From Euglena gracilis (taxonomy: Eukaryota), in the NCBI GenBank assembly GCA_039621445.1, contig CP154954.1, positions 1,550,001-1,614,000 on the forward strand: a stretch of 64,000 nucleotides of DNA, in the 5' to 3' direction. Position numbers and translations under genes: made by a program. A model generated the notes under the pieces. It was not told the DNA's origin. It did not search any database and saw only the letters and a program-made list of their open reading frames with translations. Positions 21,389-34,537 of the stretch are shown one piece after another; within the stretch, counting starts at the first letter, position 1; each line of letters opens with the position of its first letter.

Positions 21389-24300
21389 TTAATTTTTAAA
21401 ACCAGTACCTGCGGGAATAATATTTCCTAAAACTAAATTTTCTTTTAACCCAGATAACCAATCAGCTCTTCCTTGTAAAGCAGCTTTTGTTAAAACTCTA
21501 GTAGTTTCTTGAAAACTCGCTTGAGCTATAAAACTTTGACTAGATAGAGAAAAACGAGTCAATCCCATAATTATAGGCTCATAAACAATACTATTTACTA
21601 GTCTTTTATTTAATACCTCTACTAAATTAAGATCTAAAAAATCCCCTACCATAAAGCTAGAATCACCTGGATTAGTAACAATCACTTTTGACGTTATTTG
21701 TTTAACAATAAGTTCAATATGTTTATCCGCTATTTTGACACCCTGAGATTTATAAACAGTCTGAACACCATCTATTAAATATTTTTGTATTACCTCAAAA
21801 CTTTTTCGCGCAGCTACAAGATTCTCATAATCATCTAAAAAAGTAAAAAAAGACTCCGTCAATATATCATGAGGGTTATTTATTATTTCTTTTAACGAAG
21901 AAGTCATTCGAGCTTCTAACAATTTTTCTACTTTAGGCAATCCTTGAACTATATCATAAGTTTTTTCTCGGACAAAATTAACGCGATATAATAATTGGTT
22001 CTTTCTTATAAAAGGTTTATCTTCTATTCTCATCAATGTATCATCATTAGTCGAAAAAGGCATTACTTTTCGAAAAATCGAAAACTCTTTTCTTTCTTGT
22101 ATTATTTGAGAAGAATGAAGAAGCTTAAAATTACTAATTATTTGACCCGTTTTAAGAAAACATCCAATTTTAAAATTACCAAAAATACGCTTTTGTTTTT
22201 TAAGATTTCGAAGCATTATAACCTTATCTTGATCAAGTATACATGTAATAATATGTGAACTTCTTTTTTTTAAAACTTTCGATTTATCAACTAAACTATT
22301 AACGTTCCTAATGTTAATAAATAATTTACCAAATTTACGAGGAAAAAGTTCTTTCTTCCTGTTAACAAATAATTCTTTTTTATGAACATTTGTAGTAGGA
22401 CAAATTAATTTATTTTTAAAAGAAAATTTCTTTGTCAAATGAAAAAATAAAGAAGTAAAACTCATAATAATAGAACTTATTATCCAAAATATTTTTCCAA
22501 ATTGCTTCGAATTAATTTGAGGGAAAAAGATTTGACCAGAAATTTTTGCCTTAACATCTCGAATTTCCTCAATACCAAAAACGTCATTTTTCAAGTTAGA
22601 ATTTACAGATTCTCCTATTATTTGCTTATCAAATATTTTTCTTCCTGGCTTAACATATAAAAGCGTACTAGAAGGTAAAAACATAATAGATTTACTAACG
22701 TCATTTTCGTAAATCACAATTTTTTTTTCTTGCAAAGTTAAAAAAGCTTTTTCCTTAAATTTATTATAAACTCTTCTTAACCCTGTAGTTAAAGTTGACC
22801 TATAAAAATCACTTTTACGAAGTCATACTTGATATATTATATCATACGACTACTCAATTATAATTGTGATTAATTTAATGGCTAATACTTCATATTTATT
22901 TTATAATTGCGATCTATAAATTTAAATACTAATAATAAACATCCCCTAACCCCAAACTAATTTTAATCGTTCCTTCTATTTTAAAACATCGTTTTTTAGA
23001 ACATGTTTTATCAAATAAAGTTTAAAATTATAAATTTTATTAGAAAAACCATTTATTCTCACTCTATTTACTAAAAAAATACGTAACAAAATATAAACAA
23101 CATTTTGTTTATCTATTCTGCAAAATTGATTTCAATTATAAAAAAATAAACTTACAATATAAATCAATTTAAAAAACTTTAAGTTACTATCTATAACAAG
23201 TAATAAATATAAAAATTGTAATACAATAACAAAGACAATTAGTCTAAAATAGAAAGTTTAATTCTGCCATTAAATATTGTAAAATTAAAAACGATACACA
23301 CTTCAAATCGTACCATATTTTTCCATTTAAAGGAGATGTTATAACTTCTTTTGCCTTTGCAGAAAAAACACCACCCGTATGAAAAGTTCGCATTGTTAAT
23401 TGCGTACCAGGCTCACCTATTGATTGAGCAGCTAAAATTCCTACACATTCACCAAGTTCTACCATTTTGCCACAGGCTAAATTCCAACCATAGCATATTT
23501 GGCATATGCCTTCCATTAATACACAATTAAAAGGTGTACGAATATAAACCTCGGGAAAATTAATAATTTTTTTAAACGTATAGACTGAAAGTTAATATTT
23601 AATAAAAATATTTCTCATTCGAAACCGAGCATGAAAATTCTTTTTCACTCGGCTACCTAAAAATCATAAACTTTTTATGATATTTAAGAAATATATCAGC
23701 ATATGCCGGTGATTACACCTACTACTTTTCATAGAGTATTTTAAACGTTTTTATAACATCGTTCAGACCTTTTGCTTCATATTCCATCCTTATAAATAAA
23801 AATTCAATTCGTTTATACCATAACTACTATACATAAAAGGTATGTTTTAAAATGGCTCCTAATATAACTCCCCCTTAATTTTCAATAACAAAGTGTAATA
23901 AAATATTATAAAAAAAGTTGAAGCTTTTTAGTTTCTTAATTTTCTGTAAACCATATAAAATTACTATTTCAAATACTTTTAATACTTTGAAATTTTAATC
24001 CTGTTTTTTTATTCTAATAAAAAGGAAATTATGTTTAATAACAATGATCTGTATATTATTAGAATTTCGCTAATTTTAAAGTATAATAATCTTAGATAAA
24101 AATTAATATAAAAGAATTTGCCACATTCCTTAAATTTTAAAATTTTTGTAGCTCGAACCACACATTACAAATATCTTGACCAGCACTAACTAAAATATCA
24201 CCTGTTTTGGCATTAACAATAGTTTTTGCTAATACTCTACCAATTAATTTTTCCTTCAAAAACTTTAGTTCTTCTTTATCTTGGTTTTGTAGTAATACGC

Positions 24301-24976
24301 ACGTATTATATTTTGTAAAACAATCCGACCTTTTTACAATTAAGTTTTGTGCTGTATAAATCATTCGTCTAGTTAAATACCCAGCATTAGCTGTTTTTAA
24401 AGCAGTATCAATTAAGCCTTTTCTAGCACCGTAACAAGAAACAAAATATTCAGTAATATTTAAACCTTCTTTAAAATTAGTTTTTATTGGAAAAGGAATT
24501 ACATTACCCTGAGAATCGGACATTAGTCCTCGCATACCTATCAATTGTTTCACCTGTGTAATACTACCCCTTGCACCTGACAAAGTCATAGAATACAAAG
24601 GATTCAAAAAGTCGGATTGTCTCAAATTATTAATAGATTCTTTCTTCAAATTTTCATTAACGACATTCCAAATATCCCTTTCTTCATCCAAAACATTAAT
24701 GAAATTTATCATACCATTTTTATATCGATTTCTCGTTTTAAATAAAATTTTTTCAGAACTTTTAACCAAATTTGCTTTTGAAGAAGGAATTTTAAGATCT
24801 CCAAGTCCTAATGATAATCCAGTGGTTGTTGCATAGGTAAAACCAAAATTTTTCATTTTATCCAATAACTCTTTTGTTCGGATACTACCATAATTTGACA
24901 AAAACCAGCTAATTAAATTTCTAATTTCATTTTTATCAAAAACTCTATTAAAACATACTATATTTCCGAAATTCAT
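21389..24976 (-). CDS. rpoC2: RNA polymerase beta'' subunit, complete copy 2 (three exons)
   Basis: ORFs 24137-24976, 23244-23516 and 21389-22735; starts [15 protein letters not shown]. Confidence 0.96.
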
Positions 24977-25489
24977 AATTAAAATAATAATTTAACAAAC
25001 TTATTGAAATAAATCAATAAAATAATAAACTTTAAAACTACTTAGCTCATACAAAAAATTAAAGTATTTATAGAAATTCTTTAATCATATCATCAAAAAA
25101 AATTCTCCCTATAGTGGTGCGAATATTATTGTTTTTAAAATAAACCATATTTTTGAAATAAAAGAAAATTTTCAAAATCTACAACTCTAAAATCAATTAT
25201 AAAATTTATTAAAAAAAAAAAATACTAAAATTTTAACTTAAAAAGTAATGTAAAAAATTTATTTAATAAACTACAAAAAAGTAAAAATTTTCCAATATTT
25301 TAATTACAATATTTCAAACAAAAAAAACTAACTTTTTTACCATCCTTTTTTTTTTAATTCTTATTTTACTATTCTTTAAAATATTAGGAAATTTTTGACA
25401 AATTAACCAAACAAATGTTTGAATCAATATTTCACCTTTATGATAAGCACTTTTAACCTTCTCAATATTAGCATAAATTTTTATTAATT

Positions 25490-28030
25490 AATTTGAAAAA
25501 TATTATTTTTTCTTTTATTTTATTTTTATATTATAACTTGTAACGTGATAATTTAGTATAATTTATTAGTTATGATATTGTAAATTTTATACGTTTTTTT
25601 GTAAAAAAATTTTCTTATTTAATTTTGTATTTAAAAGGTGGAGAAAAATATTTTTGTTTTTTTGAACAAAGAAAACCCGTGTTATACTTGTGAATTTTTA
25701 ATTGTTCCCAAAATCCTGTTTTCTGTGGAAATTGAAAAAAATAATTAGAAGGGTATTGACTAATAAAACTTTTCTCTTTATTTGAAAATTTCAACTTTTT
25801 GTATAAATAATATTTTTATACAGTAGGGAAACACTAAATTTTTTATATCCAAAGAACTTTTTACAAATTATGTTTTGTTGAATTATTTTATTTTTAATTT
25901 GTTTTCTAGAATGTAATTAAACAACTTATTTTGTAATTCATATTTTTTAAAAAGGACAGAAGGCGTTGTTGGGGATATTTTTTATTATTTTAGCTACAAA
26001 AATTATATAATTTATTTTTATTTAAGTTTTATTTATAATTTGTTTATTTTAAAAGGATTTATGTTTTAATTTGAATCAATCTCTCTTTTCATTTTTTTTA
26101 TTTTTTTTTTAATTGTTTAAAATAGGCCTATTTTTTATTATTTTTAAAATATTAATCTGTCTAAACAAAATTTAAGTGGGACAAACTGACATCTTTTTGA
26201 GATTTTTTAAAAATTTTGTTTAGAAATAATTGATATAATATTTGTTTTTTTTTATTTATTATTTTTATTTTTTTATAATTTAGTTAAACAATGTGATTTT
26301 TTTTTTTTATTTTTTTTTTTTTTTTTTAAATATAAGAATAAGGTAATTGTAATTGTTTTTTTTTTTTCTTTAAAATTTATTTTATTAATAGGGAATTTTT
26401 TAATAACTTTTTGGCATAATTAAATTTTTGAAAATATGGTTTGAAAAAAAATTTATAAATTAGCATTGTTTTTTGCTTTTTTTACAAACTAACTACAGCC
26501 ATTTTCATGATTTTTTTTTATTTATGGACTTTATCTAGAAAATTTTAGAAAAATTGCTTTGGTAATTATTTACTTTAAATTTTTTTCCTAAAATTTTTAA
26601 TATTTTTATTAGTTATTTTTTATTTAAAGTATTAAATTGCTTTATGTTAATTTTGAATATTATCTTTACGTTTAGTTTTTAAATTATATTTTTTTTTTTT
26701 TAATTTTATATTACTTTTAATTATTTAAATTTTAAAACATGTTTTTTTATTTTATTTTATTGAATTATTTTTTTAAATTTTACAAAATTTTTATTTAGTC
26801 ATAATTTGGAAAAATTTTATTTTTTACTTAAAAATCTTTATGATTTTAATTTATAGTTTGTATAGATTTAGAAGCTTTTTTTTTTTATACTTTTTTTTTG
26901 TCCTTAATCTTTTTAAAAAAGAAAAGAAATTATTTTTATTTATTAATATTTTAAGTAAAAGTTGATCATTTTAAATAATTATATTTAGAGAATCTGAAAA
27001 TTTTGTTTTTTTTATTTTATATTTTAATATGATTTTTTTAAATTTTCAAAATTTTGTAAACAAGAATTATTATTATCTAATAAATCTATTTGAATTTTTT
27101 AAAAAAAATATCGGAGATAAACTTTGTGAAAAACAGTTTAATTGTTATTTTTTTTGATTATATATTTTCAAATTCTTTTGAAGAAAATACTTATGTTTTG
27201 TTTTTTTTAGAATTTTTGTAGTTTATCTATAATTTTTATTTTTTTGAATATTTTAAAAATTTTTATTTTTTGTTTATTCTTTAAAAAAACATTTTTAAAT
27301 ATTTGGAATTTATTGTATTCTTGGTTTAAATTATTTGCAAATTTTTATTTTATATTGTTGGATATTATTATTAAAATTATTTTTTTGTTTGTTTGTTTTT
27401 ATTTATATTTTATAATTTTAAATATTTATTGAATATTTTTTTTTTTTTTTTTGAATTTTTTTTTTGTCCTTTTTTATAAAATTTATTTTTTTTTTTTGAA
27501 AAAAGTTTATTTACGCGAGCAATCTTTATTTTAATGTATTAGTTCTTAATTGTGTTGTGCTAAAATTTCTTTCTTTTGATTTTATTTTTTATAAATTTTT
27601 TAAATTTTTTTTAAATTTTTAGTACATCTTTTATATAATATTTTTTTTACTTTATTTATTTTTTTTATTTTTTTAGGTATTCAAGAAGGTTATTTAGAAA
27701 TGTATTTTATTAAAGTTTTTTAGTTTTGTAATCATTTTCTTTTTATCTTGTTTTACTTTTCGAAGATTTTTAAATTTTAGTAATTCTTTATTTAATTCGA
27801 GTATTTATAAAAAATCTATTTAATGTAATTTTATAAGGTTACGTTGAAGGTTTATTAAGTGTTTTCTTTTAAACATTTTGTTTGGATTCTATATTAATTT
27901 AAATATTTAATCTTGATTTTATTTTTAAAAAAAACTAATGGTAAAAGTTTTTATCAAAATTTTTATATGTTATTTATTAAATTGTACTTATTTATTTGGA
28001 TTTTTAAAAAATTTAATTTAATTATTTTAA
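25490..28030 (+). other. Heavily degraded AT-only spacer, probably a corrupted consensus of the intron-rich rpoC1 region
   Basis: Lies immediately upstream of rpoC2, where rpoC1 is expected; the rpoC1 3'-end motif R(T)TIGRIFF survives at ~28325; no intact ORF. Confidence 0.45.
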
Positions 28031-28449
28031 AAAAAAATAAAAATTTAAAAGATTAAAAGTGCTTATTAAGTTAATATTGATTCAAACATTTTTTGTTTGT
28101 CAAAAATTTCCTAATATTTAAAATATTAAAAAGGATGGTAAATTGTTTTTTTTTTTTATATTAAATAAATTTTACTTTTTTAGTTTAAATAAATTTTTTA
28201 CATTACTTTTTAAGTTAAAATTTTAGTATTTTTTTTTTTTTTTTTTTTTTATAATTTATTTTATATTTTTATATTTTTAAAATTTTTTTTTATTTTAAAA
28301 ATATTTTTTATTTTAAAAAATATTCGCGCCACTATAGGGAGAATTTTTTTGATATATAAAGAATTTCTATAAACTTTAATTTTTTTGTATTAAGTAGTTT
28401 AAAGTTTTTATTTTATGATTTTTTAATGATTTGTTAAATTATTATTTTT

Positions 28450-31400
28450 ATGAATTTCGGAAATATTATGTTTTAATAGAGTTTTTGATAAAAATGAAAT
28501 TAGAAATTTAATTAGCTGGTTTTTGTCAAATTATGGTAGTATCCGAACAAAAGAGTTATTGGATAAAATGAAAAATTTTGGTTTTACCTATGCAACAACC
28601 ACTGGATTATCATTAGGACTTGGAGATCTTAAAATTCCTTCTTCAAAAGCAAATTTGGTTAAAAGTTCTGAAAAAATTTTATTTAAAACGAGAAATCGAT
28701 ATAAAAATGGTATGATAAATTTCATTAATGTTTTGGATGAAGAAAGGGATATTTGGAATGTCGTTAATGAAAATTTGAAGAAAGAATCTATTAATAATTT
28801 GAGACAATCCGACTTTTTGAATCCTTTGTATTCTATGACTTTGTCAGGTGCAAGGGGTAGTATTACACAGGTGAAACAATTGATAGGTATGCGAGGACTA
28901 ATGTCCGATTCTCAGGGTAATGTAATTCCTTTTCCAATAAAAACTAATTTTAAAGAAGGTTTAAATATTACTGAATATTTTGTTTCTTGTTACGGTGCTA
29001 GAAAAGGCTTAATTGATACTGCTTTAAAAACAGCTAATGCTGGGTATTTAACTAGACGAATGATTTATACAGCACAAAACTTAATTGTAAAAAGGTCGGA
29101 TTGTTTTACAAAATATAATACGTGCGTATTACTACAAAACCAAGATAAAGAAGAACTAAAGTTTTTGAAGGAAAAATTAATTGGTAGAGTATTAGCAAAA
29201 ACTATTGTTAATGCCAAAACAGGTGATATTTTAGTTAGTGCTGGTCAAGATATTTGTAATGTGTGGTTCGAGCTACAAAAATTTTAAAATTTAAGGAATG
29301 TGGCAAATTCTTTTATATTAATTTTTATCTAAGATTATTATACTTTAAAATTAGCGAAATTCTAATAATATACAGATCATTGTTATTAAACATAATTTCC
29401 TTTTTATTAGAATAAAAAAACAGGATTAAAATTTCAAAGTATTAAAAGTATTTGAAATAGTAATTTTATATGGTTTACAGAAAATTAAGAAACTAAAAAG
29501 CTTCAACTTTTTTTATAATATTTTATTACACTTTGTTATTGAAAATTAAGGGGGAGTTATATTAGGAGCCATTTTAAAACATACCTTTTATGTATAGTAG
29601 TTATGGTATAAACGAATTGAATTTTTATTTATAAGGATGGAATATGAAGCAAAAGGTCTGAACGATGTTATAAAAACGTTTAAAATACTCTATGAAAAGT
29701 AGTAGGTGTAATCACCGGCATATGCTGATATATTTCTTAAATATCATAAAAAGTTTATGATTTTTAGGTAGCCGAGTGAAAAAGAATTTTCATGCTCGGT
29801 TTCGAATGAGAAATATTTTTATTAAATATTAACTTTCAGTCTATACGTTTAAAAAAATTATTAATTTTCCCGAGGTTTATATTCGTACACCTTTTAATTG
29901 TGTATTAATGGAAGGCATATGCCAAATATGCTATGGTTGGAATTTAGCCTGTGGCAAAATGGTAGAACTTGGTGAATGTGTAGGAATTTTAGCTGCTCAA
30001 TCAATAGGTGAGCCTGGTACGCAATTAACAATGCGAACTTTTCATACGGGTGGTGTTTTTTCTGCAAAGGCAAAAGAAGTTATAACATCTCCTTTAAATG
30101 GAAAAATATGGTACGATTTGAAGTGTGTATCGTTTTTAATTTTACAATATTTAATGGCAGAATTAAACTTTCTATTTTAGACTAATTGTCTTTGTTATTG
30201 TATTACAATTTTTATATTTATTACTTGTTATAGATAGTAACTTAAAGTTTTTTAAATTGATTTATATTGTAAGTTTATTTTTTATAATTGAAATCAATTT
30301 TGCAGAATAGATAAACAAAATGTTGTTTATATTTTGTTACGTATTTTTTTAGTAAATAGAGTGAGAATAAATGGTTTTTCTAATAAAATTTATAATTTTA
30401 AACTTTATTTGATAAAACATGTTCTAAAAAACGATGTTTTAAAATAGAAGGAACGATTAAAATTAGTTTGGGGTTAGGGGATGTTTATTATTAGTATTTA
30501 AATTTATAGATCGCAATTATAAAATAAATATGAAGTATTAGCCATTAAATTAATCACAATTATAATTGAGTAGTCGTATGATATAATATATCAAGTATGA
30601 CTTCGTAAAAGTGATTTTTATAGGTCAACTTTAACTACAGGGTTAAGAAGAGTTTATAATAAATTTAAGGAAAAAGCTTTTTTAACTTTGCAAGAAAAAA
30701 AAATTGTGATTTACGAAAATGACGTTAGTAAATCTATTATGTTTTTACCTTCTAGTACGCTTTTATATGTTAAGCCAGGAAGAAAAATATTTGATAAGCA
30801 AATAATAGGAGAATCTGTAAATTCTAACTTGAAAAATGACGTTTTTGGTATTGAGGAAATTCGAGATGTTAAGGCAAAAATTTCTGGTCAAATCTTTTTC
30901 CCTCAAATTAATTCGAAGCAATTTGGAAAAATATTTTGGATAATAAGTTCTATTATTATGAGTTTTACTTCTTTATTTTTTCATTTGACAAAGAAATTTT
31001 CTTTTAAAAATAAATTAATTTGTCCTACTACAAATGTTCATAAAAAAGAATTATTTGTTAACAGGAAGAAAGAACTTTTTCCTCGTAAATTTGGTAAATT
31101 ATTTATTAACATTAGGAACGTTAATAGTTTAGTTGATAAATCGAAAGTTTTAAAAAAAAGAAGTTCACATATTATTACATGTATACTTGATCAAGATAAG
31201 GTTATAATGCTTCGAAATCTTAAAAAACAAAAGCGTATTTTTGGTAATTTTAAAATTGGATGTTTTCTTAAAACGGGTCAAATAATTAGTAATTTTAAGC
31301 TTCTTCATTCTTCTCAAATAATACAAGAAAGAAAAGAGTTTTCGATTTTTCGAAAAGTAATGCCTTTTTCGACTAATGATGATACATTGATGAGAATAGA

Positions 31401-32034
31401 AGATAAACCTTTTATAAGAAAGAACCAATTATTATATCGCGTTAATTTTGTCCGAGAAAAAACTTATGATATAGTTCAAGGATTGCCTAAAGTAGAAAAA
31501 TTGTTAGAAGCTCGAATGACTTCTTCGTTAAAAGAAATAATAAATAACCCTCATGATATATTGACGGAGTCTTTTTTTACTTTTTTAGATGATTATGAGA
31601 ATCTTGTAGCTGCGCGAAAAAGTTTTGAGGTAATACAAAAATATTTAATAGATGGTGTTCAGACTGTTTATAAATCTCAGGGTGTCAAAATAGCGGATAA
31701 ACATATTGAACTTATTGTTAAACAAATAACGTCAAAAGTGATTGTTACTAATCCAGGTGATTCTAGCTTTATGGTAGGGGATTTTTTAGATCTTAATTTA
31801 GTAGAGGTATTAAATAAAAGACTAGTAAATAGTATTGTTTATGAGCCTATAATTATGGGATTGACTCGTTTTTCTCTATCTAGTCAAAGTTTTATAGCTC
31901 AAGCGAGTTTTCAAGAAACTACTAGAGTTTTAACAAAAGCTGCTTTACAAGGAAGAGCTGATTGGTTATCTGGGTTAAAAGAAAATTTAGTTTTAGGAAA
32001 TATTATTCCCGCAGGTACTGGTTTTAAAAATTAA
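28450..32034 (+). CDS. rpoC2: RNA polymerase beta'' subunit, copy 3 (exons 28450-29260, ~29842-30122, 30636-32034)
   Basis: As copy 2; small indel near 28465; domain V-like hairpins (AGCCG...CGGTT at ~29770) before the 3' splice sites. Confidence 0.96.
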
Positions 32035-32064
32035 TTAGCAAAATTTACTATAATTTGAGTAACT

Positions 32065-32137
32065 GGGGGTATAGCTCAGTTGGTAGAGCGTCTGCCTTAC
32101 AAGCAGAATGTCAGCGGTTCGAATCCGTTTGCCCTCA
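32065..32137 (+). tRNA. trnV: tRNA-Val(UAC)
   Basis: Cloverleaf, anticodon TAC. Confidence 0.95.
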
Positions 32138-32153
32138 AAGGTTATTTACTTTA

Positions 32154-32225
32154 TCCTTAATAGCTCAGTGGTAGAGCAATCGGCTGTTAACCGATCGGTC
32201 GTAGGTTCGAATCCTACTTAAGGAG
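32154..32225 (+). tRNA. trnN: tRNA-Asn(GUU)
   Basis: Cloverleaf, anticodon GTT. Confidence 0.95.
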
Positions 32226-32228
32226 TAA

Positions 32229-32302
32229 GGGCTTGTAGCTCAGTGGACTAGAGCACGTGGCTACGAACTACGGAGTCAGGGGTTCGAATCCCTTCTTGCC
32301 CG
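32229..32302 (+). tRNA. trnR: tRNA-Arg(ACG)
   Basis: Cloverleaf, anticodon ACG. Confidence 0.95.
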
Positions 32303-32347
32303 ATTGATTAGTAATTTCGTTATTTTTTATGATCATTTAATTTTTAA

Positions 32348-32431
32348 TACAGGCAGAGAGACTCGAACTCTCACATCATAAAGACACAGGAACCTAAATC
32401 CTGCGCGTCTACCAAATTCCGCCATGCCTGC
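32348..32431 (-). tRNA. trnL: tRNA-Leu(UAG)
   Basis: Reverse complement of 20992-21075. Confidence 0.93.
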
Positions 32432-32502
32432 TTTATCAATATTAATAAATGTTAATATTGTTTTTTATTTATTTTAAAACGTGTTAAATAAATTTTGTTA
32501 TT

Positions 32503-33098
32503 TTATATTCTACGTCTCTTGCTAGGTCGACATCCATTATGTGGTAAGGGAGTGACATCTCTTATGCAACTTATGCGTAGACCTAAACTTTGTACGCATT
32601 TTAAAGCTGTTTCTCGTCCGGTTCCAGGTCCACTAATGTTTATCTCAACTTTTTGAAGTCCTTGTTCTATAGCTTTCTTAACGGCAATTGCAGTAGTTGT
32701 CTTTGTAGCTAACGGTGTAGCCTTTTTCGAGCTTTTAAAACCGCATGCTCCTGAAGATGACCAAGCGATTACATTTCCTTTTGGATCACTTACCGAAACT
32801 AAGAATTTAATTAGATGTATTTTCTATTATTTAATATAAAGGAAAATTTTTTTTAGTTTTATTGTGATGATTTTTTGTATAATTTTTTTAATATTAAATC
32901 GCTTCATTATTATAAGTTGTTTTTTTAAGATATTGATTTTTAAATGCTTTTTTTTAAAGATAAAAATTATAATAACTTTATATTACATTATATACTATTA
33001 ATTTTTGATTGCATGTAAGTTTAATCCCATAATATGGACAATTCCTTTTGGAAATTTTTTTTTTGTTATTTTGATTATTTTTTTTTTTGTTTTATCAT
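32503..33098 (-). CDS. rps11: 30S ribosomal protein S11, two group III introns
   Basis: Reverse complement of 20324-20920. Confidence 0.9.
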
Positions 33099-33221
33099 TT
33101 TTTTATAAATAAATATTTCTTTTTAAGAACAAAATTTGCAAAAAGCATGATTTCCTTGAGTTTTTAATATTTATTTCATTTTTTATATTATTCACAATTT
33201 TCCCTATAAATTAATTTATAA

Positions 33222-33839
33222 TTAGACCTTGCGTGAATAGAATTCGATTACTAAAAGTTCATTAACTATTAACGATATCGCTTTTCTATTGATTAAACCA
33301 ATAATTTTTGCTTCTAAGTTTTTTTTGTTAAGAGATAAATGTGGTGGTATTAATAGTAATTCTTTAGATTCTATGTTTTTTTGTATGACATTTTCTGATA
33401 CAGTACTTTTTTTAGGTTTTATAATACTTTTTGGTTGGCAAATAAAACTAGGTATATTGATAACTTTGTCATCTACACAAATGTGACCATGATTTATTAG
33501 TTGTTTTGCAGCCATTATTGTAGGTGCAAAACCTATTCGATGTACAATATTATCTAATCTCATTTCCAAAAAAGTTAGCAAAAATCTTCCGGATGATCCT
33601 TTTTTTTTCCTAGATTTTTTTACATAATTTAGAAGTTGTCTTTCGGTTATTCCGTAGTTAAATCGCAGTTTTTGTTTTTCTTTTAATCTTATGTTATATT
33701 TTGATATTTTTTTTTTCCTTTTAAAGGATGTTGCTGGTTGCCCTGGGGATTTTCTTTTCTTTGATGTTTTATTTGTAAGACTTGGAAGTTTTCCTATTCT
33801 ACGAACTATTCGCAATCGTGGTCCTCTATATCTTGACAT
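33222..33839 (-). CDS. rps4: 30S ribosomal protein S4
   Basis: Intact 205-aa ORF with S4 motifs. Confidence 0.97.
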   Translation of the reverse strand: MSRYRGPRLRIVRRIGKLPSLTNKTSKKRKSPGQPATSFKRKKKISKYNIRLKEKQKLRFNYGITERQLLNYVKKSRKKKGSSGRFLLTFLEMRLDNIVHRIGFAPTIMAAKQLINHGHICVDDKVINIPSFICQPKSIIKPKKSTVSENVIQKNIESKELLLIPPHLSLNKKNLEAKIIGLINRKAISLIVNELLVIEFYSRKV

Positions 33840-33915
33840 AGTTTTATCTATATTTTTTTTGATCTTAAATAACTTTTTCTATGTTAATTGTTTTTGTTGT
33901 TTAACATCTAATTGC

Positions 33916-33997
33916 GAGTTGTTGCCCGAGTGGTTAATGGGGGCGGATTGTAAATCCGCTAGTTCATCTTTCGCTGGTTCGAATCCAGCACGACTCA
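33916..33997 (+). tRNA. trnY: tRNA-Tyr(GUA)
   Basis: GCGGA-TT-GTA-AA-TCCGC arm. Confidence 0.94.
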
Positions 33998-34061
33998 AAA
34001 TATTTTTATATTTAATCAGACAGTTTTCGAGTTATAATAAATTTTTATTATATTTTTTATA

Positions 34062-34134
34062 GGTGGGTGTAGCCAAGTGGTAAGGCAAAGGACTGTGACT
34101 CCTTCATTCGCGGGTTCGATCCCCGTCATTCACC
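34062..34134 (+). tRNA. trnH: tRNA-His(GUG)
   Basis: AAGGA-CT-GTG-AC-TCCTT arm, G-1 present. Confidence 0.94.
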
Positions 34135-34149
34135 ATCTATTAATTTTTA

Positions 34150-34221
34150 GGCTCAGTAGCTCAGAGGTAGAGCAGGGGATTCATAAGCCCTTGGTCACAG
34201 GTTCAAATCTTGTCTGAGCCA
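34150..34221 (+). tRNA. trnM: tRNA-Met(CAU)
   Basis: Anticodon CAT, paired acceptor stem. Confidence 0.92.
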
Positions 34222-34225
34222 AACT

Positions 34226-34298
34226 GCGCTTTTAGTTCAATTGGTAGAACGTAGGTCTCCAAAACCTGATGTAGTAGGTTCGAATCCTACAGAGCGCG
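34226..34298 (+). tRNA. trnW: tRNA-Trp(CCA)
   Basis: TAGGT-CT-CCA-AA-ACCTG arm. Confidence 0.94.
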
Positions 34299-34325
34299 TT
34301 TATTTTTTTTCTTTATCTTAAATTT

Positions 34326-34398
34326 GCCCCCATCGTCTAGAGGCCTAGGACATCTCCCTTTCACGGAGGCAACGGGGATTCGAATTCCCCTGGGGGTA
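34326..34398 (+). tRNA. trnE: tRNA-Glu(UUC)
   Basis: TCTCC-CT-TTC-AC-GGAGG arm. Confidence 0.94.
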
Positions 34399-34404
34399 AT
34401 TTAT

Positions 34405-34477
34405 GCGGGTATAGCTCAGTTGGTAGAGCGTGGTCCTTCCAAGTCCAATGTCGCGTGTTCGAATCACGTTACCCGCT
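34405..34477 (+). tRNA. trnG: tRNA-Gly(UCC)
   Basis: Anticodon TCC, GCGGGTA/TACCCGC stem. Confidence 0.94.
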
Positions 34478-34537
34478 TTTAACTTTTTGTCTTTATAGAA
34501 AGTTAATTTTTAATTTTTATGATATTTTTAATATACT

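Larger units (their letters stand above)
16850..25490 (-). repeat. ~8.6-kb inverted copy of ~28030-36570
   Basis: Mirror coordinates sum to ~53422 (rps4 19583-20200 vs 33222-33839); identical translated ORFs. Confidence 0.95.

Noticed and set aside
27244-27432. Short F/I/L/K-rich ORFs (also 41369, 15744, 40945, 54066)
   Set aside because: AT-rich intron or degraded sequence; some only overlap small true exons
28858-28866. TAGTATTAC nonamer (also in the other rpoC2 copies)
   Set aside because: Lies within rpoC2 coding sequence (GSIT) with no stem-loop; a chance match
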